This document shows positions 51,849-64,000 of a stretch of 64,000 bases of DNA, piece by piece. Source of the DNA: Diadema antillarum (taxonomy: Eukaryota); NCBI RefSeq assembly GCF_040938485.1, contig NW_027271580.1:372001-436000 (forward strand). The letters run 5' to 3'. The position numbers were made by a program, and so were the translations under genes. The notes below the pieces were generated by a model. It worked only from the letters and a program-made list of their open reading frames with translations, made no database searches and was not told the DNA's origin. The first letter of the stretch is position 1; each line of letters opens with the position of its first letter.

Positions 51849-52952
51849 ATGGCTCTCAGAAATACCAGCTACGCCTCAGTGACTCTTCCCTCACAGACTG
51901 GGTCCAGCGATGACTGGAGAGAAATCGCGACAGGTTTTGAGTTCAGCAATTACACCTACCGCACCTTGTCAGCCTGCTTCATTCTTGCAATCACACCAAT
52001 TGGTGTCATCGGGAACAGCCTGGTTATCATAGCAGTATGTCTGTCCCGAAAATTACAAACGAAGACGAATTTGTTCGTGATTAACCTGGCGTCGCTCGAC
52101 CTTCTGAATTGCGCCTTCTTCCCCGTCCAAGTGACGATGCTGTTACATCGCGGCAGCAGTCCGCCGAGGCTGGGACCTCTCTGTCCGATAGCAGGGGCGA
52201 TCGTCATCACCACGAATGTTGGCAGTGTGGTGACTCTGGCGGTAATCGCGGTGACAAGGTGCGTGAAAATCATCAAGCCAGGCTCTGCATACCACCGACT
52301 CTTCACCCGAAAAGTCCTCGCCTGCATGATTGCCGTTTGCTGGTGCTATCCGATCCTGACCATGGTTGTGCCCCGGGTAGCGGGCTTGGGCAGCCTTGGG
52401 TATTCCAATCGCTACAAACTGTGCGTCTGGAGCGACGAGGAACAATATCAGATTTACATGTCAATGATGCTCTCGCTTTCTTTCATCCTTGCCTTTGGTA
52501 TTATCACCGTCTGTTACGTGACTATTGTAGTTTTCGTTCGTATCAAATCACGTAAGGTCGCGCCCCGCCGCCGGGAGCAGGTCTTTCAGATCAGCGTCCA
52601 GCAGGAGGATACCGGTAACTCCGCGCAATCAGAAAACGCGCAGCAGGGAAAGCAGCAGCGCGGGAAACCAGTCAATGCGCGGGAAATCAAAGTCACACAG
52701 AACCTGGCTATAGTCATCTGCACCTTCTTTCTCTGTATCATGCCGTATGGAGTGTGTACTCTGATACCGGGAAGCTACGTGCCTTTTATCTGCTTCTCAC
52801 ACCTTCTTCTCTTCAACTCTATCATCAATCCTTTCATCTATGCCATGAAACACCCAATCTTCAGTCAGGTATTTAGATGTATTTTCACGTGGTCATTACG
52901 TAGTATTCCCGAGCCCACGCGCGAATTGCGATCAGTGCTCAATATGACTTGA
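51849..52952 (+). CDS. Class A (rhodopsin-like) orphan GPCR, intronless CDS, 367 aa
   Basis: Seven hydrophobic segments, TM1 GN (GVIGNSLV), TM2 NLA.LDL, TM3 IAVTRC (DRY position), TM6 FFLCIMPY, TM7 NSIINPFIY (NPxxY). The first ATG is at 51849 (the track start at 51843 is GTG). Upstream acceptor TTTCCATCGATAG and donors GTAAGT at 50574 and 51081 suggest non-coding 5' exons. Confidence 0.95.
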   Translation: MALRNTSYASVTLPSQTGSSDDWREIATGFEFSNYTYRTLSACFILAITPIGVIGNSLVIIAVCLSRKLQTKTNLFVINLASLDLLNCAFFPVQVTMLLHRGSSPPRLGPLCPIAGAIVITTNVGSVVTLAVIAVTRCVKIIKPGSAYHRLFTRKVLACMIAVCWCYPILTMVVPRVAGLGSLGYSNRYKLCVWSDEEQYQIYMSMMLSLSFILAFGIITVCYVTIVVFVRIKSRKVAPRRREQVFQISVQQEDTGNSAQSENAQQGKQQRGKPVNAREIKVTQNLAIVICTFFLCIMPYGVCTLIPGSYVPFICFSHLLLFNSIINPFIYAMKHPIFSQVFRCIFTWSLRSIPEPTRELRSVLNMT

Positions 52953-53805
52953 TCAAGGATGAAAGAAGGGGGTGAAAAAAAAGTCGGGAGAATATCCGAA
53001 TCTGAGTTCATGTGATCCTCTGTGGCTCTCGCAGAGTGTTCAGACACACACACACATACACACACACACACACCTCCACACACACAAAAAAAGTTTACCA
53101 AAAAGGTATCACTAGTTTATGCGATGCGTGTATGTGTCAGAACGCTGGCGTCGTATACTCTTAACGAAAACGAGGATCACAATCATCGTTTCGAACTAAA
53201 CTATAAAACATAACATTTTTCCGTGTTTGTCTGAACAAAAGTCAAATTTTGCGCGCTCCATGGAAGAAGTACGGGCAGAGGCTAGCGGCAACCGTATCAA
53301 CATGCGTATAGTGGAGGACTGCGCATCTATACGATTTTTTTTTCTTCAAATCGGTTGAGATATTGTGTATTAACGGTCCCTAGGCTATACGATTACAGTA
53401 TTGTTATTTTCTACGACGTAATTTCTTTATTGAGTTTCTGTAGAAAACGTTTTGTGTCTGTGTCAAAACATACGATGGAGGATCACCTGTAAAGACAAGT
53501 ATAAATTCCTTTTTAGAGAAAGTAATACCTTTCATATTATAGTTTTCCAATTATCTCCTACGTTTCTTATTCGCGTTGAGATGTGTATGTAGATTTCGAC
53601 AGATAATAATAAAGGTTCGGGGAAAAATTCATGTCAATTCATTCGGAATGCCATTAAGGAAATTAAACTGTCAGTTACGTACGAGATGCAATGTATGGAC
53701 TCATCACCTTTCTGCAACAGTGTTTCGTAACAATAGCGCATTATACATCCTGCGATATTCCCGATACCTCAGGATGTGAGACGTCGTGATAGTTTATAAT
53801 AATAT

Positions 53806-54238
53806 AACAAGTCCTAAATGTTAATCAGAGAGTACATGTATCATGCTTGTTTGGCTTCAGCCAGTGCCCAGAAATCCTCTATGGGGATTCCCCCAGAAAT
53901 GGTCAAGGTCACTGGGTCAACGGAGGTCAAATAACTGTTTTACGCTACTCCTTGGTCCGATCTTGGCCAAACTTGCTGGAAGCATAAGTAGGCCTACACC
54001 TGGGAAATCCCCATTGAGAATATTTCTGGGGGAATCCCAAGGAGTAGCGAAAAACAGTTATTTGACCTTTGACCCCAGTGACCTTGACCTTTGAAAAAAA
54101 TGAACCCCTCAAGGGCAATTTCGCGGTGAACCTGCATCCACCCACTAAGTTTGATGGAGATCGGACCAAGGACCTGGGAGGAGTAGAGGAACAAACAGAC
54201 AAACAGACAAATGTTGATCGAATTATAGTATAGTATGA
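53806..54238. mobile_element. Helentron/Helitron-like non-autonomous element with internal inverted segments
   Basis: AACAAG start, TGACCTTTGACC motifs, (ACAGACAA) microsatellite and ATAGTATAGTATGAT end. The organisation resembles the reverse complement of the 13231-14473 element. Confidence 0.55.
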
Positions 54239-55549
54239 TTCTTTGACTGATGTAACAGCAGAATTAAGAAATACTGTATGAAGAATAATGCCCTGCCGTA
54301 AGAGAATGTGTAGGCATTTTAAAGTTCGTTATATCTAACTTCTCAAAATAGATAAGGTCATTAAAGACAGACCACTCGATTTCCAATATGACCATAAATA
54401 GTAAATATATAGAGGATAAAATCAAAGAAGCAAAATGGCAGGATTTTTTAGGTATTCGACACGAAATTACGAAAAGGATATAGAAATTGCAGAATTTCAT
54501 GTTTTTACATAATAATGCTTTCAGTCAACGGCGATCGATATCTGATACAGGCGACTTCTCAAAAAGTATGGATGTGGGAATTGTATCAAGATCGGTATAA
54601 AAAATACAGAACATCGAAATTATGTTTTTGGTTGATAAGTTATACCAACTGCAACCCCACCAATATAGATAATATCATGGAGGTTTTATGAAAGGAGTAT
54701 AGAAATTATTTGCAATCCATATGCAAACACATCATGTTCGGTTCTGTAGTATCACAGTGACATGTCTATCATGCATCCTTTATATGCTTTTATCCCTTGC
54801 TCGGCGCCTCTCTATATCCCAGACAAACTTGGAGTCGGAAAAAAGAGTTTCACATTTCATTTGATTACAAGCTGCATTTCAACGTCAAAGTTTGAATGAA
54901 ATACTGTACTAGAATCTATTGAAAATAGTTTAGGAAAGAATTCAGTTATATCTTCATTCCCTCGTTATGTGCCGTCGTAACGAAATAGAAATTTGTTCCT
55001 CTTAACAAATGAATATTTGTAATGCTCACATTTTGCGCATATTACTTTTCTCTCATTTAATCTAGTACATTTGATATCTAATGATAAAGTACATTATACT
55101 CCAATAAAGCGCGTTAAAGCGCGCTCTTGTACTTTTTGAAGTTAGAAATGTAGCATTTACGAGTACATGTATATTGCATTAAATCTGTTCACTGCTGCTC
55201 GAAGTCAGAGCGCACACATTCATTGTTGTCAGGACGAGAGAGTGAAGTGCAACAGGGGAGGTATTTTCTGCTGTGATAGCGCTATACTCCTTATTACTGA
55301 TGCGCTCTTCAGTTGAAACATCTGGGTACCACTTGTCAAGTGCATAGCGGTGTCGAGCATGCCATCATACAGGAGAGCAATTATTAGTATCTAATCCACC
55401 CGTGACACTCCCCCGATGATATTATAGCGGACGTGTCCTTTGTAACCGAGGCAATTTTTCCTCCTTGGTTAGTCCTTCGGGGTTACTTAAAGCCTTCGGT
55501 CGCGTGTAAGCTTGCTCGTAAACAGTTAAGTGCTTTCGTAATGGCGTCG

Positions 55550-55584
<35 letters not shown>

Positions 55585-57089
55585 AAACGCAAGCATTGTA
55601 TTGCTATATTACTGTAAGATGCAGAGGTTATAATGTATGACTTTTTACATTCTATTTCGCCAAAAGAAGTTTAATCATGGATTCGAGTGTAGACTATAAA
55701 AGCAGAATTTTGAGGTTTAATGAGATTATTGCCTACGCTATACTGTTTACAGCAAGGAGATGTAAAACTCTAAGATTCCATATCTTCCATATTTGACGTC
55801 TGGTTTTAATGAACCTTTTACCGCTCTGTCTTTTTGATTCCATTATTTGTATCAAAACAGCTCGAATTCGACCTGTAATTTCAGTGTACATTTAACAGAG
55901 CCCTTAATTTGCAAGTATTTTATGTGTCTTATTTGATTATTAGCTCTGTTCACCGCATCGCAAGTGCCGCAACAAGGACTTTCATGATATTATATATTCC
56001 TTGAATAAGTTTTATTTGGTAAGATCACAAATAGACGAAGAAAAAATAGAAATGAATCGAGAAAGAAGAGATAGACGTTTCTTATTTTAATCCATATGTT
56101 TAAAACACCATTCAAGTGTAATTTGCCATGTACAGCTAAACATTTCTTCACTTTTATATTTTTCGAAACCACAGGAATTTCATCTCAATTCTACTGTGTT
56201 GTGTTAAGTCAAGTGGTATGGTTATGTCAGGTCTATGATTATCTATAGGTGTAATCGTAAGATATTGTTAGTAGAAAGTGAGCAAAGAAGTGTTTGTGCG
56301 GCACTGATTACAGCATTAACAATCAGGATATGAAATGTGATGCACATTTCTATTGTATTCTTTTGACGAAGAAAGTGATGAGAATGTTTCATCATTTTAT
56401 GGATAATTGGCTGTTTTCAGTGACAAAAAAATGTCGATATGAACCTGATTTCATAATCAGGTTGCACTAACCAGCGTCTTGAGGAATATCTTCGCATTGA
56501 TAAAACACTGCAAAATACTGCTTGTGAAATTTTGAATGCACAGTATTATGCACACACACACAAACGAACAAACACACACACATACACAACATATTGAACT
56601 ATGCATGTATGTGTTTCTGCTATGTTTTTCTGCTCGGCATCCCCCTCCCCCCCCCCCCCCCCCCCCGGAAAAAAAAAAGATGTCGGGATGGTGTTTTGAC
56701 TACTAGTACTAACTGAATGCCTATATGTAATGGAGATGAAATCACCAGGTTCTCTAAACACAAATGATTTTGTTGCTGTTGTTGTTGTTGCTGCTTGCCG
56801 CAATAAATCACGGTTTAACAGCTCCAAGTGCATGATAACAGAGTCTTGGTGCATTTTTTATTCATGAAGTGTCTGCTCATCTTAAGCTGCATCATTTTTC
56901 CTTCTCTCCTTCACATACCGTCGAGCTTCTCTGGCGAGCTATGTGACGTACGTCCGTTTAGTAATAACTCATTAACAGTGATTGCGTATAGAATTCACTT
57001 ATTATATAAGAACAGCTGATGGACCTATTCCTTGTCGTTTTCACCTTTTATTCTCTAACGGCACATTAAAGACTTTCATTTTCAGGACT

Positions 57090-57259
57090 NNNNNNNNNNN
57101 NNNNNNNNNNNNNNNNNNNNNNNNNNNNNNNNNNNNNNNNNNNNNNNNNNNNNNNNNNNNNNNNNNNNNNNNNNNNNNNNNNNNNNNNNNNNNNNNNNNN
57201 NNNNNNNNNNNNNNNNNNNNNNNNNNNNNNNNNNNNNNNNNNNNNNNNNNNNNNNNNNN
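57090..57259. other. Assembly gap (170 N)
   Basis: Direct. Confidence 1.
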
Positions 57260-58859
57260 AATATGTACATGTACAAGTATCAAACTAAGGTTCCCTGCTT
57301 GGAACTTTTGAAGGAGCTCAAAGAGAAAAGGGTGCATTTAACTCAGAGAGAGACAGAGAGAGAGAGAGAGAGAGGGATTGATATTTTTCTCCAGTCACGC
57401 TTTGCCACACTGATAATCACAATGTATACCATAATCATATTTATCTCAAGAAGCCCATATGGCGCCGCTCTTTAATCCACGAAATCTACGCACTGTGAAG
57501 TATAATCAGTATCCCAATGGATAGTATCTCTTCATTTTGTAACATGCCGATGTTCGTGTTCCAAACAATGACGTTATGCACACTGGGTTGTAGATGAGCA
57601 CTTCACTTTGCTGAACTGGGTAAACTGCAGACAATCATTAGCGAGGTTTGATGAGCACTCTCTGATAACACAGTGATTGATTAAATTTGACGGAAATAGT
57701 ATAAAGTCCATATTTCATGTCAAACGAGCAACCGGCTTCTCCCACATTTTCATTATTTATGCGCTGGCCTAATACTATGATTACTGTTTTGAGAAATATC
57801 TTTATTGCGGAAGGAACACTCGGGTCATAAATAACGTCATCGTCTAGACATGCATGTCACAAATATTGGTTATCGACCGCAGTCTCATCTCACAGTGTTC
57901 TCGCTTGCTATCAATCAGAAAGTGGCATGCCCACCATCGTTGTGTTTGAATGTGATGTGATTACATTAAGCTATCGAGCTATCATGTAATTCTGTATCAT
58001 ATTGACAGTTTTAGCTTACATGTTGCATCTATCAGGACACAAGATGAAACGCGCACACGTAATCGATGGGTACATGTATACCTACTAATTGGGTTCATAA
58101 ATACTGCCAAAATAAGATATAGGTTAAGTATTGCTTTACTTTGAAAATTTCCACCGTCTGCTTACTTCTACTGCGATCAGTTTAAGAGTTATAATTGAAA
58201 GTGAATTGAAAAAAAAAAACATTTTATTTGTATCTTTCTCTTCATCATCAGATCTTGAAATAATGCTCTGAAAGTGTTTATTACTTATACTAACCGTGTG
58301 TCGACTGTGCGCTCCCATGTTGTTTAACTCGCTCATGCCTGCAATTCGAACTATGGAGACAACTCTTTCACTCAGCTCATACGAACCCCACGAGTAATTA
58401 TCAAGCATTGAAGGTATAGGCATGGAGACACGGTATGACCATGCAGGGTCTCAAACACGGACGCATCATTGAGGCGATCATGAGCAGAAACTGTGGTCGT
58501 ATAAAGTGACGTTGGCTCACGTACCCGGGGCCATAATCAACGTCGCGCGGTCAATGTTTGACCAGCGAAGTGGAAAAGCACAGTGATCTGACTTCAGAGT
58601 TCATGGGCAAGGATGCGTTCCCACGTGGTTCACATGCGTCACACGTGCTGGTCAGTCAAGTGCAGGCTTTAGTCAGTGTCTTCACGAGGTACCGATGATA
58701 GCATGGCATTTCACGTGTCCCTTAGGGTTTGCAGCATTTGAAACGAAACGAAAAAAAAAATACATTTTGTAAAGTGCATTTCTTCCACTGCAGATGCTTG
58801 TCACACTTGCTCGTCAAAAGAGTGCAGTCCTTGATCATAACTGCTGTCTAGCTACAATT

Positions 58860-58995
58860 NNNNNNNNNNNNNNNNNNNNNNNNNNNNNNNNNNNNNNNNN
58901 NNNNNNNNNNNNNNNNNNNNNNNNNNNNNNNNNNNNNNNNNNNNNNNNNNNNNNNNNNNNNNNNNNNNNNNNNNNNNNNNNNNNNNNNNNNNNNN
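58860..58995. other. Assembly gap (136 N)
   Basis: Direct. Confidence 1.
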
Positions 58996-59082
58996 CAGCA
59001 AACGATTAAGCAAAATAAAGCGAATGGAAACAACGTGCAACTTCAGTGATATTTTTTGTTTCTAATTGTATGTACCTACGTT

Positions 59083-59155
<73 letters not shown>
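59083..59155. repeat. (TA)n microsatellite
   Basis: Direct. Confidence 0.9.
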
Positions 59156-59158
<3 letters not shown>

Positions 59159-59380
59159 ACATATCTTGTGGGGGGAATGTATGTTAACCTCTGTATAACA
59201 ATAAGGGAGGGTTTATGGAGAGTTAAGAGGGCATGTATTCATTGCAAATTCTTTAGAACGAGGATGTTCCGCTCATGAGACAGCGCGTGTACTATTTCAT
59301 AGCACTCGAATCGCGTCTCTTGTTTATTAGTCGCTTATACGCTCGTCACAAAATGGTGCTGTATTATGTTCATGTCAGCT

Positions 59381-59394
59381 GTTCCCATGGCAAC
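59381..59394 (+). promoter_or_regulatory. RFX X-box (GTTCCCATGGCAAC)
   Basis: Exact match to the GTTNCCATGGNAAC consensus in a CpG-richer patch, followed about 110 bp downstream by the donor GAG|GTATAG (59507/59508). Confidence 0.55.
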
Positions 59395-59918
59395 ATCCTA
59401 CGCTGCACGTCGCTCCTGAATGACTATTCATAGCGAAACTGCCCCGCACGTTGCTGCGGACTCCACTTGTGAGAGCGCCGTGACAAACGAGAGTGCATTG
59501 AGAAGAGGTATAGGCCTATATACAGTCCTTTCATTATAGCCTTGATCGGCAAAAGTGTTCAATATAATATTTTCTACAAGAATTGCTCTGTCCTCTACTT
59601 CACATCCGTATAAAATATTGAATTTCCTGCAAAAGAAAAGAGGGTATTATATCACGCAAAGAGATAAATTCTGAAGAGGTCTCTACGGTATTGTATTTCA
59701 AGGAGAGCCTTTGCTCATTATTGTATTCTCTGTACATAAAGGGGAAATTGTTACACTCTTGTCCAAAACACCTCTCAGAATACTTGACTTTGAAGACATT
59801 CGTACACCATTACGTCGATTAAAACTCACCTGACCTCGTTTTGTTTTTTTGCTTGCTTTTTTGTTGCTCTTGTTTTTATGCTTTATGTTTCTTTGTTTGT
59901 TTGTGGTGTGTTTGTTTG

Positions 59919-59955
<37 letters not shown>

Positions 59956-61528
59956 CGCGCGCAACCCACTTGTGAATGTAACACGTGCTCATTCAGAAGA
60001 ATTCGTATTTCCACTCCCTACATACATTGCCCTATATGTCTCGTGAAGAGTTTTGTAAGGAATTCAATCAACTCGAGAAGTTTGCCGGAAACTGATTCGT
60101 CGTTAGCACATGTTACATGTATGTTACCTTGTTTCTCTCTCCCTCCCCCTCCCCTCCCCCTCCTTCCCCTTTCATTTTAATTGTAAGAAAGGGAGAATTC
60201 GGTCAGAGTTCCCATCATGTTTCAAAACACTTTTACGTATACCATCGTTTGTATAAATGGCAATCGAATCACTTCTCCAAACGAACAACTCCTGTCCTTC
60301 ATATTACAAACATTTAAAATTGCTACACTTTTCCCCCATTCTGCGATCATGTGGTTTGTGAATCACAAAAGGTCGTTCTTTTTTATATTTTTGGAATGAC
60401 ATAAATTCATTACATTCTGGGTAAGGAGTAGTTATTTCCATGTTCTAAAATTATACAAACTTATCAAATTTAGAAGTACAAGACCTACTTCAAACGCATA
60501 ATTGCGTGCTTTCGAGCGTGTGTATGCAAGTGGAAATGAACCATATTATTATCGAACTGTAACATTTGTGTTAACTTGCATGGCAGGTGTGCTTGTTTCG
60601 TTTTAGATATCGGAAATTTCAATTTCAACAATTTGTTGACAAAAAAGTTACAATATCACTGGCCTCATTGATGCACACCGTATTGACGCTTCTATGAATA
60701 ACTTAGATCTAAGAGCATGAACATGCAAATGGATATGTTTTCCCACTTAAAATATGAAGGAAAAAAATGAATCTTCATTTTGTAGTGTTGGTCCAGCAAC
60801 GGGACCCACATGTGGATCAGATGCGTCGTTTTGGCATGAACAATCAGGATATGGGCTCAAGAATGATTCCTGCCAAATTTTGCGAACATTCTACTATTTG
60901 CTTCACACGAGAAGATGAACATATTCAGATAAATTCAGTTCAGTTTATTTCTGCATTCCTTTCCATTACAATGTGTAACAAAATTTGACGATATGTTATA
61001 AATCATGTTATGAATTGTTCCAAAGTATTCATACAAATTGTGGAGTACACCCTCATTGTACCAACAAAAAAAAAAAGGTTAGGGAATAAAACAAAATCAA
61101 ATTGAATGTATATTGTAAGATAGGGAACAGTTCAAATTTGGTATACAGTTGATATATACAATATCATATGAAATTGGAAATGCAGGGACCATCTTCATAA
61201 GCAGAGCTTGAGTAGGAAGATGTTAATTGTGAACCTCCTGTGTGCCAAATCACAACTTGTTGTCGCGTTACACATGACCAATCGGGTCTCCTCTGCCAAT
61301 ATGAGAGACAAATCATCTTAGACCTATCAGTGTGGCACGATGTGGTTGTTATCAGTATTTCTACAGTATTGATACTTAGTCTAAACAGGCGAGCTAAAAT
61401 GGAAGGATTGTCAGGGTTCCGTGTTAACTGAGGAATGACCAACAATACCATCTTTTGACATGCGTGTGTGAGTATCGAACAAATTATTATTACACATTTA
61501 CTAGGCCAAGAACATTTTGAAACAAGAG

Positions 61529-63063
61529 CATTTTGGAAACGAGTTTATTTTTACAGGATTGGTCCAGGAATATGTTTGGAACAACATACTAAAAGTCCTC
61601 ATAATTCATCTACAGGAATTTTCAGCGATCCAAGATGGCGTCCAAAATGGCTGTCATTTTCCTGTCTTTCTCAAAACTTTGCAAGAAGGCAACCAGAATG
61701 CATATTTTAAATGTCTGTATTCAATATATTGAGACACGAGAAACCCAATTATATAATGATTCACAGATTTGGAAGCGCACCAAATAGATACCGCTTGAGG
61801 TCTTTAGAAATCCAAATGACTTAGGAAATGGTCCCCATTTCCTGTTTTTCTCATAACTTTGAAAGAAGGTAATCCCAATACACACTTTAAATGTCTCAAT
61901 GATATATGTTCGGGACACAAGAAGGTAAATAGAATACTTCTCAAGAGATTTTGAATGATACAAGTATGAACAAATTCGCTTGAGTTCTCGAAATCCAAAT
62001 GGTGTCAAAAATGGCCGCTATTTGTGTACTATCAACACAATTCTATTTACAAATAAGTTAGTTTTGCAAATCCAATTGCAGGCTGTTCAAAGAAAGACAT
62101 TCAAATATTCAAGATACTCAAAAGTTCTAGCTGTCTCTCAAAACCTGTGAATGTGCATTGTAAGTGTTTACTGAAGATACCTACATACACAATCATGTGA
62201 AAAACAGGAAATAGCTGTAATTTTGGGAGCCACTTTGAAATTTTGGAAGAGCTCAAGTTATCAGGGTACTTTGGTCTTTCAAATCTCGAAATAAGAATAA
62301 TTGTTTTTTTTCGTCTCTAAAAACATATTTTAACAATAACAATGATAATGATAAAAATGATAATAATAATAATAATGATAATAATAGTTATATATATACA
62401 TATAACATGAAAAGTGTGTAATGGTTATTACTACTTGCAAAGTTATCTCAAAAACATTTAATGGTAGATATTTTGAGTACCGATTTGGATATCTGAAAGC
62501 GCTCAAGCCGTTTTATTATTTTGGGAGCCTTTTTGGATTCTGGGAAGAGCAAAGTGCTTATAATTGGTACTTTTGTGTTTCAAAATCTCAGAACATTTTT
62601 TTTTTTTTGGGGGGGGGGCGGGAGGGGGTTCTCGTCTTTGAAAATATATACAGACAATGAAGCGTACATAGGTGACGCCAACTTGTAAAGTTATATGAAT
62701 AACAGAACATGACAACCATTTTGGGCGCAAGTTTGGAAGTCAAAGAAAAAAATGAAGTATTTAATGGTACAGTGCTTATATGTAATCACATGTAATAAGT
62801 ATATCACTATAATAACTATGATAAGTATAGTCGTCTCTCAAAACATGTATGTAGACATAGAGAATGGATATATTGGTGAAACATAAATTATAGGCCTATA
62901 CTTGCGAAGCAATATGCCGTGGTTAAAGACAGAAAATGGGGGCTGTTTTGGACCCCATCTGGGATTGCGAAAACGCCCAGGGGGGATTTGTTGAGGACTT
63001 TCAGCATGATATTCCAGACAATAATTTCTGGAAATATCTTGAAAAAAAAAGCTACCCAAAATG
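61529..63063. mobile_element. Old foldback DNA-transposon relic with ~135-bp imperfect inverted arms
   Basis: 61529-61666 aligns by eye to the reverse complement of 62928-63063 (shared blocks AAAGTCCTCA, ATCC.AGATGG.GTCCAAAA, CATTTTC.TGTC). Degenerate ~180-bp direct units at about 61610-62020. Confidence 0.5.
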
Positions 63064-63172
63064 TCCAGGTTTCAGCCTATTTTGACATCATGCTCTTGGC
63101 GTTCAAGCTGCGTAGGCGTAATTTGTGTCGAATAATGAGCTTGCGATGGCACGGTAAATGCAAGGAGATAAA

Positions 63173-63320
63173 NNNNNNNNNNNNNNNNNNNNNNNNNNNN
63201 NNNNNNNNNNNNNNNNNNNNNNNNNNNNNNNNNNNNNNNNNNNNNNNNNNNNNNNNNNNNNNNNNNNNNNNNNNNNNNNNNNNNNNNNNNNNNNNNNNNN
63301 NNNNNNNNNNNNNNNNNNNN
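63173..63320. other. Assembly gap (148 N)
   Basis: Direct. Confidence 1.
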
Positions 63321-63639
63321 GGGATCGTGTGTATGTTAAGAATTTGTGGCAGAAAATGATAGATAGGTTTGAGATGGCAGATCTTCGAAATATAGAGTGG
63401 AGAGATGTTCATTTTGGTGTCATGGGAAGGGATCCAAAAGTAAAATTTTATAATACAATAATTTTCAGTTTGAAATATATTATTTTTAGATCTAGGTCGG
63501 GGGAAAAATTCCTACTTTTGAGGAAATTTGTAAAAGACTAATAAGTTTTCGGGATGAAGAAAAAGAAATTGCTTTAAAAAGAAGTAAGTTGGGATTACAT
63601 TTGCTGAAATGGGAAAATGTTTCTGAAACAAGAGATTAA
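63321..63639 (+). mobile_element. L1/Tx1-clade LINE ORF2 C-terminal fragment (frameshifted)
   Basis: D.VYVKNLWQKMIDRF..IEWRDVHFG...NTIIFSLKYIIFRSR..../EEKEIALKRSKLGLHLLKWENV* fits the L1/Tx1 C-terminal pattern (C..V..FW..FG..N.II...K..I....EK.IA......KW). The 5' part lies in the gap. Confidence 0.75.
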
Positions 63640-64000
63640 GTATTGTTTTGTTTTTCTTTTCTTTTTTTAGTACAGTGTAGTTATCAGTGGTGAAGGCAAT
63701 ATAATGTGTAATTGGCCGCGTGCGGGGAGGGGTAAGTTTTTGTTGGCATAAAGGTTATAGGATTTTATCAGTAGTTAGGAGTTTGATGAGGTTTGTTTGA
63801 TGAATTTGAATGTGAATTTGGAGCGGTATTTGGGTGCGGGCGGACGACGCTTTTTTTTTCTGCATATACGGTCCATTATACACGCTTGTATGTTTTACGT
63901 ATCAATCAACATTTGGAAGTCGTTTTTATTAGGAAGGAAGGTGGTATCGCTTCGGGTGTGTTTGTGTGTGGGGTGTTTGTGTGTGTCTGTGTGTGTGTGT

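Noticed and set aside
51956-52555. Alternative-frame and antisense ORFs within the GPCR
   Set aside because: Shadows of the real CDS; no independent features.
56982-57337. ORFs spanning N runs (also ~58800-59040 and ~62919-63412)
   Set aside because: They appear open only because of assembly gaps; only the L1/Tx1 part after 63320 is supported.
59702-59832. FSVHKGEIVTLLSK peptide resembling an SH3 strand
   Set aside because: It lacks the ALYDY and WW motifs and stops shortly after; likely chance.

Overview
AT-rich metazoan genomic DNA with three N-gaps. It is most consistent with an echinoderm (sea-urchin-like) genome; this is inferred from the SRCR and orphan GPCR families, the SINE and MITE types and the poly-G/C tracts. 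Three protein-coding genes can be assembled with phase-consistent GT-AG junctions. (1) PPM1K, the mitochondrial PP2C / BCKDH phosphatase, on + with 4 coding exons at 11763-16621 (383 aa). (2) A type-I membrane scavenger receptor with three SRCR domains on -, with 8 coding exons at 44336-26902 (about 510 aa); its signal-peptide exon is not in the ORF track. (3) A class-A orphan GPCR on + with an intronless CDS at 51849-52952. The rest is a dense collection of non-autonomous transposons from many superfamilies (hAT-like with a 7-bp TSD, P-like, Kolobok, PIF/Harbinger, EnSpm-like, Helentron/HINE), a tRNA-derived SINE, RTE and L1/Tx1 LINE 3' fragments, and microsatellites. I see no unambiguous new biological system. 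The best leads are: a HINE tandem array carrying 8 perfect DR1 nuclear-receptor motifs inside PPM1K; a uORF-rich PPM1K leader; the mixed group-A/B exon architecture and possible cassette exons of the SRCR receptor; an unrecognised three-exon unit at 2.5-5.1 kb; and a structured, poly(A)-tailed insert at about 55.4 kb.
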